Part shown: one piece after another, positions 18,938 to 26,590 of the stretch
Position numbering within the stretch: position 1 is the first letter of the stretch
Layout: each line of letters starts with the position of its first letter
Assembly: GCA_963752715.1 (NCBI GenBank)
Contig: CAVVZQ010000007.1
Span: 72,215-136,214, forward strand
Reading direction: 5' to 3'
Length of the DNA stretch: 64,000 nt
Origin: an uncultured Actinomycetota bacterium
Lineage (GTDB): Bacteria > Actinomycetota > Actinomycetes > Mycobacteriales > CAVVZQ01
Position numbers and translations under genes: made by a program
Notes under the pieces: generated by a model
The model's database searches: none
What the model was told of the DNA's origin: nothing
Seen by the model: the letters and a program-made list of their open reading frames with translations, nothing else

Positions 18938-20758
18938 TCATGCGGGTTGCGGTACGGACCCGGCGAGCTCGGCGAGGCGCTCCGCGCCGATCGGTTCGGC
19001 GGCGAGTAGCGGAACGATCGCAAACCGGGGCGCCAGCCGACGCGCGGTGTCGATGTGCTCCTGCTCGGCGGCGGCGCGGCGCCGCAGCAGCTCCCCCGTG
19101 GGATGCGCCGCAGCGAGGGAGTTGTTGACCACCCAGGCCCACGGCTCGATGCCGGCCCGCTGCAGGTCGGCCTGCAGTTCCTCGGCCTCCAAGACGGGTG
19201 TGGGCTCGGCGAGAGTCACGACAATGACCATGGTCTGTTCCGGATCCTGCAGCGTCATCAGCGGAGTCGTGTACGTCGTCGAGTCGCCCAGCTGACGTAC
19301 GACGTCGCGATGGTAGGAGCCCGCGGCGTCAAGCAGCAGCAGCGTGTGTCCGGTGGGTGCGGTGTCGATGACGACGAACTGCCGGCGGGACTCGCTCACC
19401 GCGTGGCCGAACTTCCGGAACACCGCCACCTCCTCCGTGCATGGTGAGAGCAGGTCCTCGGCGAGTGCGGCGCGCCCGGCATCGTCGAGGTTCCGGCCCT
19501 TGGTGGCCATGACGTGGTCACGGTAGGCCTGCGTCGCCTCGACCGGGTCGATGCGGGAGACCCGCAGGCCGGCAACGTCCGAGGGCAGGGTGTCGGCAAG
19601 GTGCGCGGCGGGGTCGGTGGTCGTCAGGTGGACGGGATGACCGCGCCGTGCCAGCGCCACCGCGACCGCGGCGGCAAGCGCGGTCTTGCCGACGCCGCCC
19701 TTGCCCATGAGCAGGACGAGGCCGTGACCGCGCTCGGCCACCTCGTCGACCAGAGCGGCCAGCGGCGCCGTGGGCCCTCCCGCGGCGGCTGCGGCGGCTG
19801 TGGTGGCTGTGGGGGCTGTGGCGACCGCCGGCATGGGCAGGGCCTGCCCGCCACCAGTCGTCTCGAACAGCGACCGCAGAGCTTCTTGGCCGATCATGTT
19901 CGCTGCCTTCAGCTCGAAGATGTCGCGCGGCAGTTCGGCGAGCCCGGAGGGCATGGCAGCGATCGCCGCGGCCTCCCGCTCGCGGACCGCCGCGCTGAGC
20001 GGGTCGTCGTCGGCCATGCCGGCCTCGTCGGGCAGCACCCCGTTGACAACGAGGTAGGGCTCGGTGATGCCGATCTCGCTCAGCTCCGTTCGCGTCCGCT
20101 CCACCTCCCCGACGGACGAGGCCTGTGGTCGGGTCACGAGCACCATCCGGGTGCGGCGGCGGTCCTGCAGTGCGGCGACGGCGTCGGCGTAGGTCTGGCG
20201 CTGCTTGTCCAGACCCGCGAGCGGCCCGAGACAGGAGGCGTCGCCCTTGCCTGCCTGCAGGAAACCGGTCCAGGAACCGGGAAGCTGCAGCAGCCGGATG
20301 GTGTGACCCGTGGGCGCGGTGTCGAAGACGACGTGGTCGTACGCGGAATCGCTCACCGGGTGGGTCAACAGGGCGGTGAACTCGTTGAACGAGGCGACCT
20401 CGGTCGTGCAGGACCCGGACAGCTGCTCGGTGATCGCAGCGATCTCCGCCGCAGGCAGAAGTGTCCGTACCGGCGCGATGATGCGATCCCGGTAGGCCTG
20501 CGCCGCCTGCTCGGGGTCGATCTCCAGCGCGGACAGGCCGTCGACGCCGGGGACCGGAGTGACGGTGTTGCCGATAGTGATGCCGAAGACCTGGCCGACA
20601 TTGGACGCGGGGTCCGTGCTCACCAGCAGCACCCGACGGCCGGCATCGGCGAGCCGTAGGGCGGTCGCGCACGCCACCGACGTCTTGCCCACGCCCCCCT
20701 TGCCCGTGAAGAACACGAACCGTGGCAGGTCGTCGAGGAACCGTGGGAGGACGGTCAT
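18938..20758 (-). CDS. arsA: Arsenite-stimulated ATPase ArsA (two-domain)
   Basis: Duplicated P-loops ('FFTGKGGVGKTSVA', 'LLMGKGGVGKTALA') and 'DTAPTGHT' in both halves. 606 aa. Confidence 0.9.
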   Translation of the reverse strand: MTVLPRFLDDLPRFVFFTGKGGVGKTSVACATALRLADAGRRVLLVSTDPASNVGQVFGITIGNTVTPVPGVDGLSALEIDPEQAAQAYRDRIIAPVRTLLPAAEIAAITEQLSGSCTTEVASFNEFTALLTHPVSDSAYDHVVFDTAPTGHTIRLLQLPGSWTGFLQAGKGDASCLGPLAGLDKQRQTYADAVAALQDRRRTRMVLVTRPQASSVGEVERTRTELSEIGITEPYLVVNGVLPDEAGMADDDPLSAAVREREAAAIAAMPSGLAELPRDIFELKAANMIGQEALRSLFETTGGGQALPMPAVATAPTATTAAAAAAGGPTAPLAALVDEVAERGHGLVLLMGKGGVGKTALAAAVAVALARRGHPVHLTTTDPAAHLADTLPSDVAGLRVSRIDPVEATQAYRDHVMATKGRNLDDAGRAALAEDLLSPCTEEVAVFRKFGHAVSESRRQFVVIDTAPTGHTLLLLDAAGSYHRDVVRQLGDSTTYTTPLMTLQDPEQTMVIVVTLAEPTPVLEAEELQADLQRAGIEPWAWVVNNSLAAAHPTGELLRRRAAAEQEHIDTARRLAPRFAIVPLLAAEPIGAERLAELAGSVPQPA

Positions 20759-20759
20759 G

Positions 20760-21179
20760 TCAACAGCACCCGCCAGTGCCGCAGCAGGACCCGGACTCCT
20801 CCACCACCGCGAGCTCGGTAGCGCCGACCGGGACGGAGACCCGACTGGTGACGGGATCGGCGGTCACTGCGTCGGCGGTCACGCCCGCGTACGTCAGGAG
20901 CTCGCTGCGGTCGGGATAGCGGCCGGTCAGCACGGTCATCCCGTCGACCAGCGTCAGCGGCAGACCGGCGGAGCCGGCCACCGCCAGGAAGGCCCGCACG
21001 GTTTCGTTGCCGGCGAACGCGGACGGGTCGTTCGCCAGGTTGTGCCTTTCGACGTCGGCTCCGAGCCCCCTTGCGTAGGCAAGGTCTGCCGTGAACCCGA
21101 CGAGGGACTCGTCGACGTCGGGGCCACACACGCCGGTGTTGCAGCACAGGGCGGGTTCGAAGACGCGGACCGTACGCAT
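20760..21179 (-). CDS. arsD: Arsenical resistance metallochaperone ArsD
   Basis: 'MRTVRVFEPALCCNTGVCGPDVD' with the Cys12/13/18 motif. Confidence 0.9.
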   Translation of the reverse strand: MRTVRVFEPALCCNTGVCGPDVDESLVGFTADLAYARGLGADVERHNLANDPSAFAGNETVRAFLAVAGSAGLPLTLVDGMTVLTGRYPDRSELLTYAGVTADAVTADPVTSRVSVPVGATELAVVEESGSCCGTGGCC

Positions 21180-21207
21180 CTATGCCTCCTAGTCTGTTGG
21201 GTCTCGG

Positions 21208-21513
21208 TCAGCAGCAGCGGGTGGGAAGAGCACGGGACAGCCGGTCGTGGGCGTCGGAGGCCAGGGTGTAGTCCACCCATCGGCCCCGTTTGGCCGACGT
21301 CACGAGACCGGCTTCACGCAGCACACGCAAGTGGTAGGACAGCACGTTGGCTGCGACACCCGCGACGGGCTGCAGGTCACACACGCACCGCGTCCCTGCC
21401 GCGGACAGCTCCGCCAGCAACGTCCACCGGACGGGGTCTGACGCCGCGGCGAGCAGTCCCAGGGACTCGGAGATGTCCGCCGCGGACCTCTCGATGGCAA
21501 TTGCTTCGATCAC
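21208..21513 (-). CDS. arsR: ArsR-family metalloregulator
   Basis: 'CVCDL' metal site followed by 'LSYHLRVLREAGLV'. Confidence 0.85.
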   Translation of the reverse strand: MIEAIAIERSAADISESLGLLAAASDPVRWTLLAELSAAGTRCVCDLQPVAGVAANVLSYHLRVLREAGLVTSAKRGRWVDYTLASDAHDRLSRALPTRCC

Positions 21514-21547
21514 AGTTGAAGCATAGCACTTCTGCCCAGCCGATCTC

Positions 21548-21745
21548 CAGACCTGTCACTGTGCTGATACGCGGAGAGGACAAGGGGAGCACGCGATCTG
21601 AGCAGTCGCACGCAGGGGGCTGTCCCAGTCGGGTGGCGCTCGCATTGGCCCGGTCGTTGCTGACGATGACCGCCGGGCGTCGCTTGTTCGCCTCGCTGCC
21701 CCGCGCAGGTACCAGGTCCGTCAGGCGAATCTCACCTCGCAGCAT
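21548..21745 (-). pseudogene. mazF: MazF/PemK-type toxin, 5' fragment
   Basis: 'MLRGEIRLTDLVPARGSEANKRRPAVIVSNDRANASATRLG...VLPLSS...TGLEIGW'. The start overlaps the mazE-like stop by 14 nt. Confidence 0.65.
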
Positions 21746-21953
21746 CAACGAGCCCGTCGCCGGCGATGCCTTCCCAGACCTCGGCGTCTCCCGCGGCCTC
21801 CCACTCATCCCAGGCAGTCGCGTACGCGTCCTCCAGCGCAGGGTCGGCCAGCCTCCCGATCGCTTTCTGGACAGCCGCCGAGCGCGACGGCAGCCCCGTC
21901 GCCTTCGCGCAACGGTCGAGGAGGGCGACGTCCTCGTCGGACGGCGATGCCAT
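21732..21953 (-). CDS. mazE: Ribbon-helix-helix antitoxin (MazE/CopG-like)
   Basis: 'DEDVALLDRCAKATGLPSRSAAVQKAIGRLADPALEDAYATAWDEWE'. It lies immediately upstream of the toxin 5' fragment. Confidence 0.65.
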   Translation of the reverse strand: MASPSDEDVALLDRCAKATGLPSRSAAVQKAIGRLADPALEDAYATAWDEWEAAGDAEVWEGIAGDGLVDAAR

Positions 21954-22523
21954 GATCGACTGATGGCCATGCCGACCGCACCCGAGGTCCATCTCGAAAC
22001 GGCCGCGCAGTGGCACGACTGGCTGGCGACCCACCACGACACCGAGGCCGGTGTCTGGCCGGTGTCTGGCTGGTCTCGTGGCGGACCGCCACGGGGCGGC
22101 CCCGGATCGACTACGAGGACGTGGTGTGCGAGGCGCTGCGGTACGGGTGGGTGGACAGTACGGTCCGGGTGCTCGACGACGAGCGCAACGCGCTCTACCT
22201 GGCGCGTCGCAAGAAGGGCAGCACCTGGGCGCGCTCCAACAGAGAGCGGGTGGCGCGCCTCACCGCTCAGGGGCGCATGCAGCCCAGCGGCCTGGCGGCC
22301 GTCGAGCGTGCCAAAGCCGACGGGTCTTGGACGGTGCTGGACCCCGTCGAGAACCTGGTCGTGCCGGAGGACCTCGCTGCTGCACTCGACGCGCGCCCCG
22401 GCGCGCGGGCCGCGTACGAGGCACTGCCGCCCTCGGCGCGCAAGCAGATCCTGTGGTCGGTCGTCAGCGCGAAGCGACCGGAGACCCGGGCACGCCGGGT
22501 CGACCGGGCTGTGGCCACGCTCG
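21930..22523. repeat. Direct repeat copy 2 (594 bp)
   Basis: Matches 17443-18025. It contains the tandem duplication 'ccggtgtctgg' x2 at ~22048-22069. Confidence 0.9.
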
Positions 22524-22540
22524 TACCTGATCCTGCGTAG
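21963..22540 (+). pseudogene. YdeI/OmdA-family protein, copy 2, frameshifted by an 11-bp tandem duplication
   Basis: The N-terminus 'MAMPTAPEVHLETAAQWHDWLATHHDTEAGVW' switches frame. The remainder is read in the 22010-22540 frame. Confidence 0.85.
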
Positions 22541-22562
22541 GCCAGCCGGTGCACGGTCCGAC

Positions 22563-22598
22563 CCGGTACCCAGACCGGTACCCAGACCGGTACCCAGA
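22563..22598. repeat. Perfect 12-bp tandem repeat (CCGGTACCCAGA) x3 abutting the GNAT RBS
   Basis: Units at 22563, 22575 and 22587, then 'aaggag' and the ATG at 22612. Confidence 0.95.
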
Positions 22599-22611
22599 AA
22601 GGAGCCACACG

Positions 22612-23151
22612 ATGCAGCTCACCGCAGGCTACGCAGGCCGGGAAGAACAGATCATCGATCTGTGTGCCGCGACCTTCACCCACTCGGAAGGCGCTGAGGA
22701 GGGCGAGCGCATCGGCACACTGGTCAGGGACCTCCTCGGCACGACACCGGAGGACGACGTGTTCGTCTGCTGCGCGCAGGAGGGTCCGGCACTCCTGGCC
22801 TGCATCGTCTTCTCACGCCTGAGCTACGACCAGGACGACCGTACGGTGTTCATCCTGGCCCCAGTTGCCGTCCGCACCGACCGTCAGGGGCGCGGGATCG
22901 GACAGCAGCTCCTGACGTACGGGCTCGAGCAGTCGCGGAGCAGGGGCGTCGACTACGTGATCGTCTACGGCGACCCGAGCTACTACTCCAAGGTCGGGTT
23001 CCAGCAGATCACCGAAGCCTTCGCGGAGCCTCCCGTGATGCTGACCTACCCGCACGGCTGGATGGGACAGCCGCTGACCGCCGAAGTTGCGTCACCCATC
23101 GTCGGCCACTCCCGGTGCGTGCCGGCCCTGAACAGCCCGGAGTACTGGTGA
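22612..23151 (+). CDS. GNAT-family N-acetyltransferase
   Basis: 'LAPVAVRTDRQGRGIGQQLLTYGLEQSRSRGVDYVIVYGDPSYYSKVGF'. Confidence 0.8.
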   Translation: MQLTAGYAGREEQIIDLCAATFTHSEGAEEGERIGTLVRDLLGTTPEDDVFVCCAQEGPALLACIVFSRLSYDQDDRTVFILAPVAVRTDRQGRGIGQQLLTYGLEQSRSRGVDYVIVYGDPSYYSKVGFQQITEAFAEPPVMLTYPHGWMGQPLTAEVASPIVGHSRCVPALNSPEYW

Positions 23152-23170
23152 CAGCAGCGGCGGCGAGCCG

Positions 23171-23527
23171 TCAGCTGCCAGTCGCGTGACGATGCCGCTG
23201 GCTGGCGTAGTAGGCCACCTTCCTGGCCATGGTCACGAACTCCGCGACCTCCTCCGGCCAGTCCACCCGGCCGTTCTCGATCGGCGTGACTTCTTCGGAG
23301 ACGAAGAACTGCGCCTGCAGCGCGTACGTCACCGGGCCCTCTCGGAGCCTGTCGGCCATGTCGCCGGCCAGGTCGGTGGGCAGGTCGGTGGGCGGGGCTA
23401 CGCGTCTGCTGCGCTGGTCCGGCATCAGGCGAACCTTGGCCGCGTACCCACCCCATCGGATGGGCGCCGCGCTGAAGAACGTCTCGGTCGCGAATCCGGA
23501 GAACGACCGGAACAGCTCCTTGGTCAA
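23171..23527 (-). pseudogene. Catalase-related (y4iL-like) protein, C-terminal fragment
   Basis: 'FFVSEEVTPIENGRVDWPEEVAEFV' and 'ARKVAYYASQRHR' resemble the tail of catalase-like haem proteins. About 200 N-terminal residues are missing. Confidence 0.4.
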
Positions 23528-23538
23528 GCGTGCCGCAC

Positions 23539-23570
23539 TGGGCGGGTACTGGGCGGGTACGGGCGGGTAC
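23539..23570. repeat. 10/11-bp tandem repeat (TGGGCGGGTAC) x3
   Basis: 'tgggcgggtac tgggcgggtac gggcgggtac'. It lies between 23527 and 23606. Confidence 0.9.
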
Positions 23571-23605
23571 TGGGGCTGGGCCCGAGGCTCCCCGCGCGCG
23601 GAAAG

Positions 23606-24283
23606 CTACCGGTGCCCCGGGTCGCGAGCCATCAGCCACATCGGCAGGCCCAGGCCTCTGATGGTGAACGTGTCCAGCACGGAGAAGCCCAGTCCCTCGT
23701 AGAAGCGGACGTTGCCCTCCGTCTGCGTCTCGAGGTAGGTGCGCGCACCCTCCCGGTCCGCGCGCTCCAGCCCGGAACGGACCAGCAGCGTTCCCAGCCC
23801 CCGGCCGTGGCGCGTCGGAACGACGCCGAGTGTGGCGAGGTACCAGTGGGGCTCGGGTACCAGCGCCCTGCGCCTGCGGGGCATCTCACGGAACAGCCGG
23901 AAGCCGACCACTAGGGACGACGGCGTGGAGCGCAGCATCGCTCGAGGCATGGCCCAGCCCATGCTGAGCATTCCGCGGGCCCCGACGGTGACCCCGGGCG
24001 GCGTCCACAGCGCCGCGCCGCCACCGTCCGAAGTGCCGGTCAGCACACCTCCGCAGGCCAACGTGGAGCGGATCTCCGCAGTGAACATGTCCGGGGAGAC
24101 TCGGGCTCGGCGCACCGGGTCGGGCTCCAGGGCCACCTGGATCGGATCGTCATGGAAGGCCTGGGCGAACAACCGGCCCGCCGTAGCTGCGACGGTGCTC
24201 GGCAGCTGTGAGACGGTGATCGGAGGCGGGGTGTGCGACACGCTCCATCTTCCCTCCTGGCCCGCCATCGCCGGCACGAACAT
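23606..24283 (-). CDS. GNAT-family acetyltransferase
   Basis: 'LATLGVVPTRHGRGLGTLLVRSGLERADREGARTYLETQTEGNVRFYEGLGF'. Confidence 0.75.
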   Translation of the reverse strand: MFVPAMAGQEGRWSVSHTPPPITVSQLPSTVAATAGRLFAQAFHDDPIQVALEPDPVRRARVSPDMFTAEIRSTLACGGVLTGTSDGGGAALWTPPGVTVGARGMLSMGWAMPRAMLRSTPSSLVVGFRLFREMPRRRRALVPEPHWYLATLGVVPTRHGRGLGTLLVRSGLERADREGARTYLETQTEGNVRFYEGLGFSVLDTFTIRGLGLPMWLMARDPGHR

Positions 24284-24318
24284 CCGTGAAATGAAGCGGC
24301 GGGCGCGGGCACGGCCCG

Positions 24319-24741
24319 CTATCCGATGCGCACGAGCGTCTGACCACCCGTCACCGGGTCGCCGACGCGTACCAGCACGGCCAGCAACGTCCCCGCCGCC
24401 GGCGCGGTGATCTCGGTCTCCATCTTCATGGCCTCGAGCACGACGAGGACGTCCCCGGCCGCAACAGCCTGGCCTTCGCTCACCGGGACCCGGACGACGG
24501 TGCCGGCGAGCGGCGCCGCGACAGGCTGCCCCTCAGCGGGCTCGGCGGACTCGGCGCCGGTCCCAGCGGGTCCGCTGGGGCCGGATGGCTCCGACGGCTT
24601 CGCTGTCGCAGCCGGGGCGACAGCGTGCTGCGGGTGGAACCCGCCTCCCGCGAAGTACGGCCCGATCGGGGGGCGGGGCTCCTCCTCGACCTCGACCTCC
24701 ACCTCGTACGGGACGCCGTTCACCGTCACCGTGAGCTTCAT
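24319..24741 (-). CDS. Biotin carboxyl-carrier (1.3S-like) subunit
   Basis: Biotinyl-Lys motif '[11 protein letters not shown]'. The start is at 'MKLTVTVNG'. Confidence 0.85.
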   Translation of the reverse strand: MKLTVTVNGVPYEVEVEVEEEPRPPIGPYFAGGGFHPQHAVAPAATAKPSEPSGPSGPAGTGAESAEPAEGQPVAAPLAGTVVRVPVSEGQAVAAGDVLVVLEAMKMETEITAPAAGTLLAVLVRVGDPVTGGQTLVRIG

Positions 24742-24745
24742 TCTC

Positions 24746-25030
24746 TTACCTCCCCCGGCGCCTGACAGTGTGGTCCTGCACTGCTGCTCGCCCCTGCTGG
24801 GTCCAGGCGCCACCACCGGTGCGGTAGCGCACCTGTGTGAGGCGTGCGCGGTGCCCCAGGAACGCGGCGACCGCTGCGGTGATTGCGACGACGACGTCGT
24901 CGGGGATGTCGCCGGGTACGTCCTGCGGCCTGTCGGCGCGGGCTGCCGCCAGCTCGGTCTCCAGCGAATCGACCCGTGCGGCCAGCGCCTGCACTGCAGC
25001 CAGCACGTCCGCGATCGTCGGCTCGCTCAC
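24746..25030 (-). CDS. Small accessory subunit (OadG/epsilon-like)
   Basis: 94 codons. The GTG overlaps the 12S stop (GTGA). '[16 protein letters not shown]' resembles decarboxylase small subunits. Confidence 0.5.
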   Translation of the reverse strand: MSEPTIADVLAAVQALAARVDSLETELAAARADRPQDVPGDIPDDVVVAITAAVAAFLGHRARLTQVRYRTGGGAWTQQGRAAVQDHTVRRRGR

Positions 25031-26583
25031 GTCGGCCCCAGACCGTGCTTCTTGGGCGGTCGGATGTCGCGCTTGGCCACGAGCATCTCCAGCGCCCGGG
25101 ACACCTTCTCCCGGGTACGGGCGGGGTCGATGATGTCGTCGACCAGGCCCCGGGAGGCGGCAACGTAGGGCGTGGCGAAGGTCGAGCGGTACTCCTCGAT
25201 GAGCTCCACGCGCCTGGCGCTGCGGTCCTCGGCCTTGGCGATCTCGCGCCGGAACACGATCTCGGCCGCGCCTTCGGCGCCCATGACCGCGATCTCGGCG
25301 GTCGGCCACGCGAACACGCGATCGGCACCGAGGTCCTTGGAGCACATGGCCACGTACGCCCCCCCGTACGCCTTGCGCAGCACGACCGTGATCTTCGGAA
25401 CGGACGCCGCGGCGTACGCGTAGAGCATCTTCGCGCCGTGCCGGATGATCCCGTTGTGCTCCTGGTCCACGCCGGGGAAGAACCCGGGCACGTCCACGAG
25501 CGTCAGCAGCGGAATGTTGAACGCGTTGCAGAAGCGGATGAAAGCTGAGGCCTTGTCCGAGGCGTTGATGTCCAGCACTCCCGAGAGCACCGTCGACTGG
25601 TTGGCGACGATGCCGACCGTGCGACCGGTGATGCGGCCGAAGCCGATCACGATGTTCTGCGCGTACCCGGCCTGCACCTCCAGGAAGTCGCCCCAGTCCA
25701 CGACGCGCGTGATGACCTCGCGGACGTCGTACCCCTTCTTGCCGTCCACCGGCAGCACGGAGGCGAGCGACTCGTCCGGTTCGATCACGGTGTCGGCGTC
25801 GACCACCGGCGGGTCCTCCGAGTTGTTCTGGGGCAGGAAGCTCAGCAGCTTCTGCACCAGGAGGATCGCCTGCGCGTCGTCGTCCACGACGAAGTGCACG
25901 ACGCCGGACCGGGACATGTGAGCGTCCGCGCCGCCGAGTTCCTCGGCGCTGACGCGCTCCCCCGTCACCTGCTGGATGACGTTCGGGCCGGTGATGAACA
26001 TGGTCGCCTTGCGGGTCTGCACGATGAAGTCGGTCAGTGCCGGGGAGTACGCCGCCCCCCCGGCGCACGGGCCGGCGATGATCGAGATCTGCGGCACCAC
26101 ACCGGAGAGCAGGACGTTGTGGTAGAACACCCGGCCGTACGCGGCCAGTGACGAGACGCCCTCCTGGACGCGAGCTCCGCCGGAGTCGTTGATGAAGATG
26201 AAGGGCGTCCCCGTCAGCAGGCTTTCCTTCAGCGTCGCCGCGACCTTGTCGGAGTGGACCTCACCGGCGCTCCCGCCGGCGACGGTGAAGTCCTGGGAGG
26301 CGACGTGCACCGGACGCCCGTGAATGGCGCCCTCGCCGGTGACGACGCCGTCGGCGGGGAGGTCCGCGTCGGCTAGCCCGAAGTACGTGGACCGGTGCCG
26401 CGCGAACATACCTGTCTCGAGGAACGTTCCTGGGTCGAGCAGCGCGTCGATTCGCTCGCGGGCGGTCATCTTGCCCTGGGCGTGCTGCGTGTCCTGACGT
26501 TCGGCGCCGCCGCCGGCCTGCACGGCGGCCTGCCGCTCGAGCAGCTCGGCGATCCGGTCGGCCATGGGTGGTGGAGTCGTCAT
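25027..26583 (-). CDS. Acyl-CoA carboxyltransferase (12S / propionyl-CoA carboxylase beta-type)
   Basis: 518 aa with 'GGARVQEG', 'PQISIIAGPCAGGAAYSPALTDF' and 'AYGGAYVAM'. Confidence 0.9.
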   Translation of the reverse strand: MTTPPPMADRIAELLERQAAVQAGGGAERQDTQHAQGKMTARERIDALLDPGTFLETGMFARHRSTYFGLADADLPADGVVTGEGAIHGRPVHVASQDFTVAGGSAGEVHSDKVAATLKESLLTGTPFIFINDSGGARVQEGVSSLAAYGRVFYHNVLLSGVVPQISIIAGPCAGGAAYSPALTDFIVQTRKATMFITGPNVIQQVTGERVSAEELGGADAHMSRSGVVHFVVDDDAQAILLVQKLLSFLPQNNSEDPPVVDADTVIEPDESLASVLPVDGKKGYDVREVITRVVDWGDFLEVQAGYAQNIVIGFGRITGRTVGIVANQSTVLSGVLDINASDKASAFIRFCNAFNIPLLTLVDVPGFFPGVDQEHNGIIRHGAKMLYAYAAASVPKITVVLRKAYGGAYVAMCSKDLGADRVFAWPTAEIAVMGAEGAAEIVFRREIAKAEDRSARRVELIEEYRSTFATPYVAASRGLVDDIIDPARTREKVSRALEMLVAKRDIRPPKKHGLGPT

Positions 26584-26590
26584 CGCAGCC

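Noticed and set aside
20559-22697. 712-aa plus-strand ORF
   Set aside because: It is a composite read-through: antisense to arsA, arsD, arsR and mazE, then the frameshifted ydeI copy. Only the short ydeI N-terminal stretch is meaningful.
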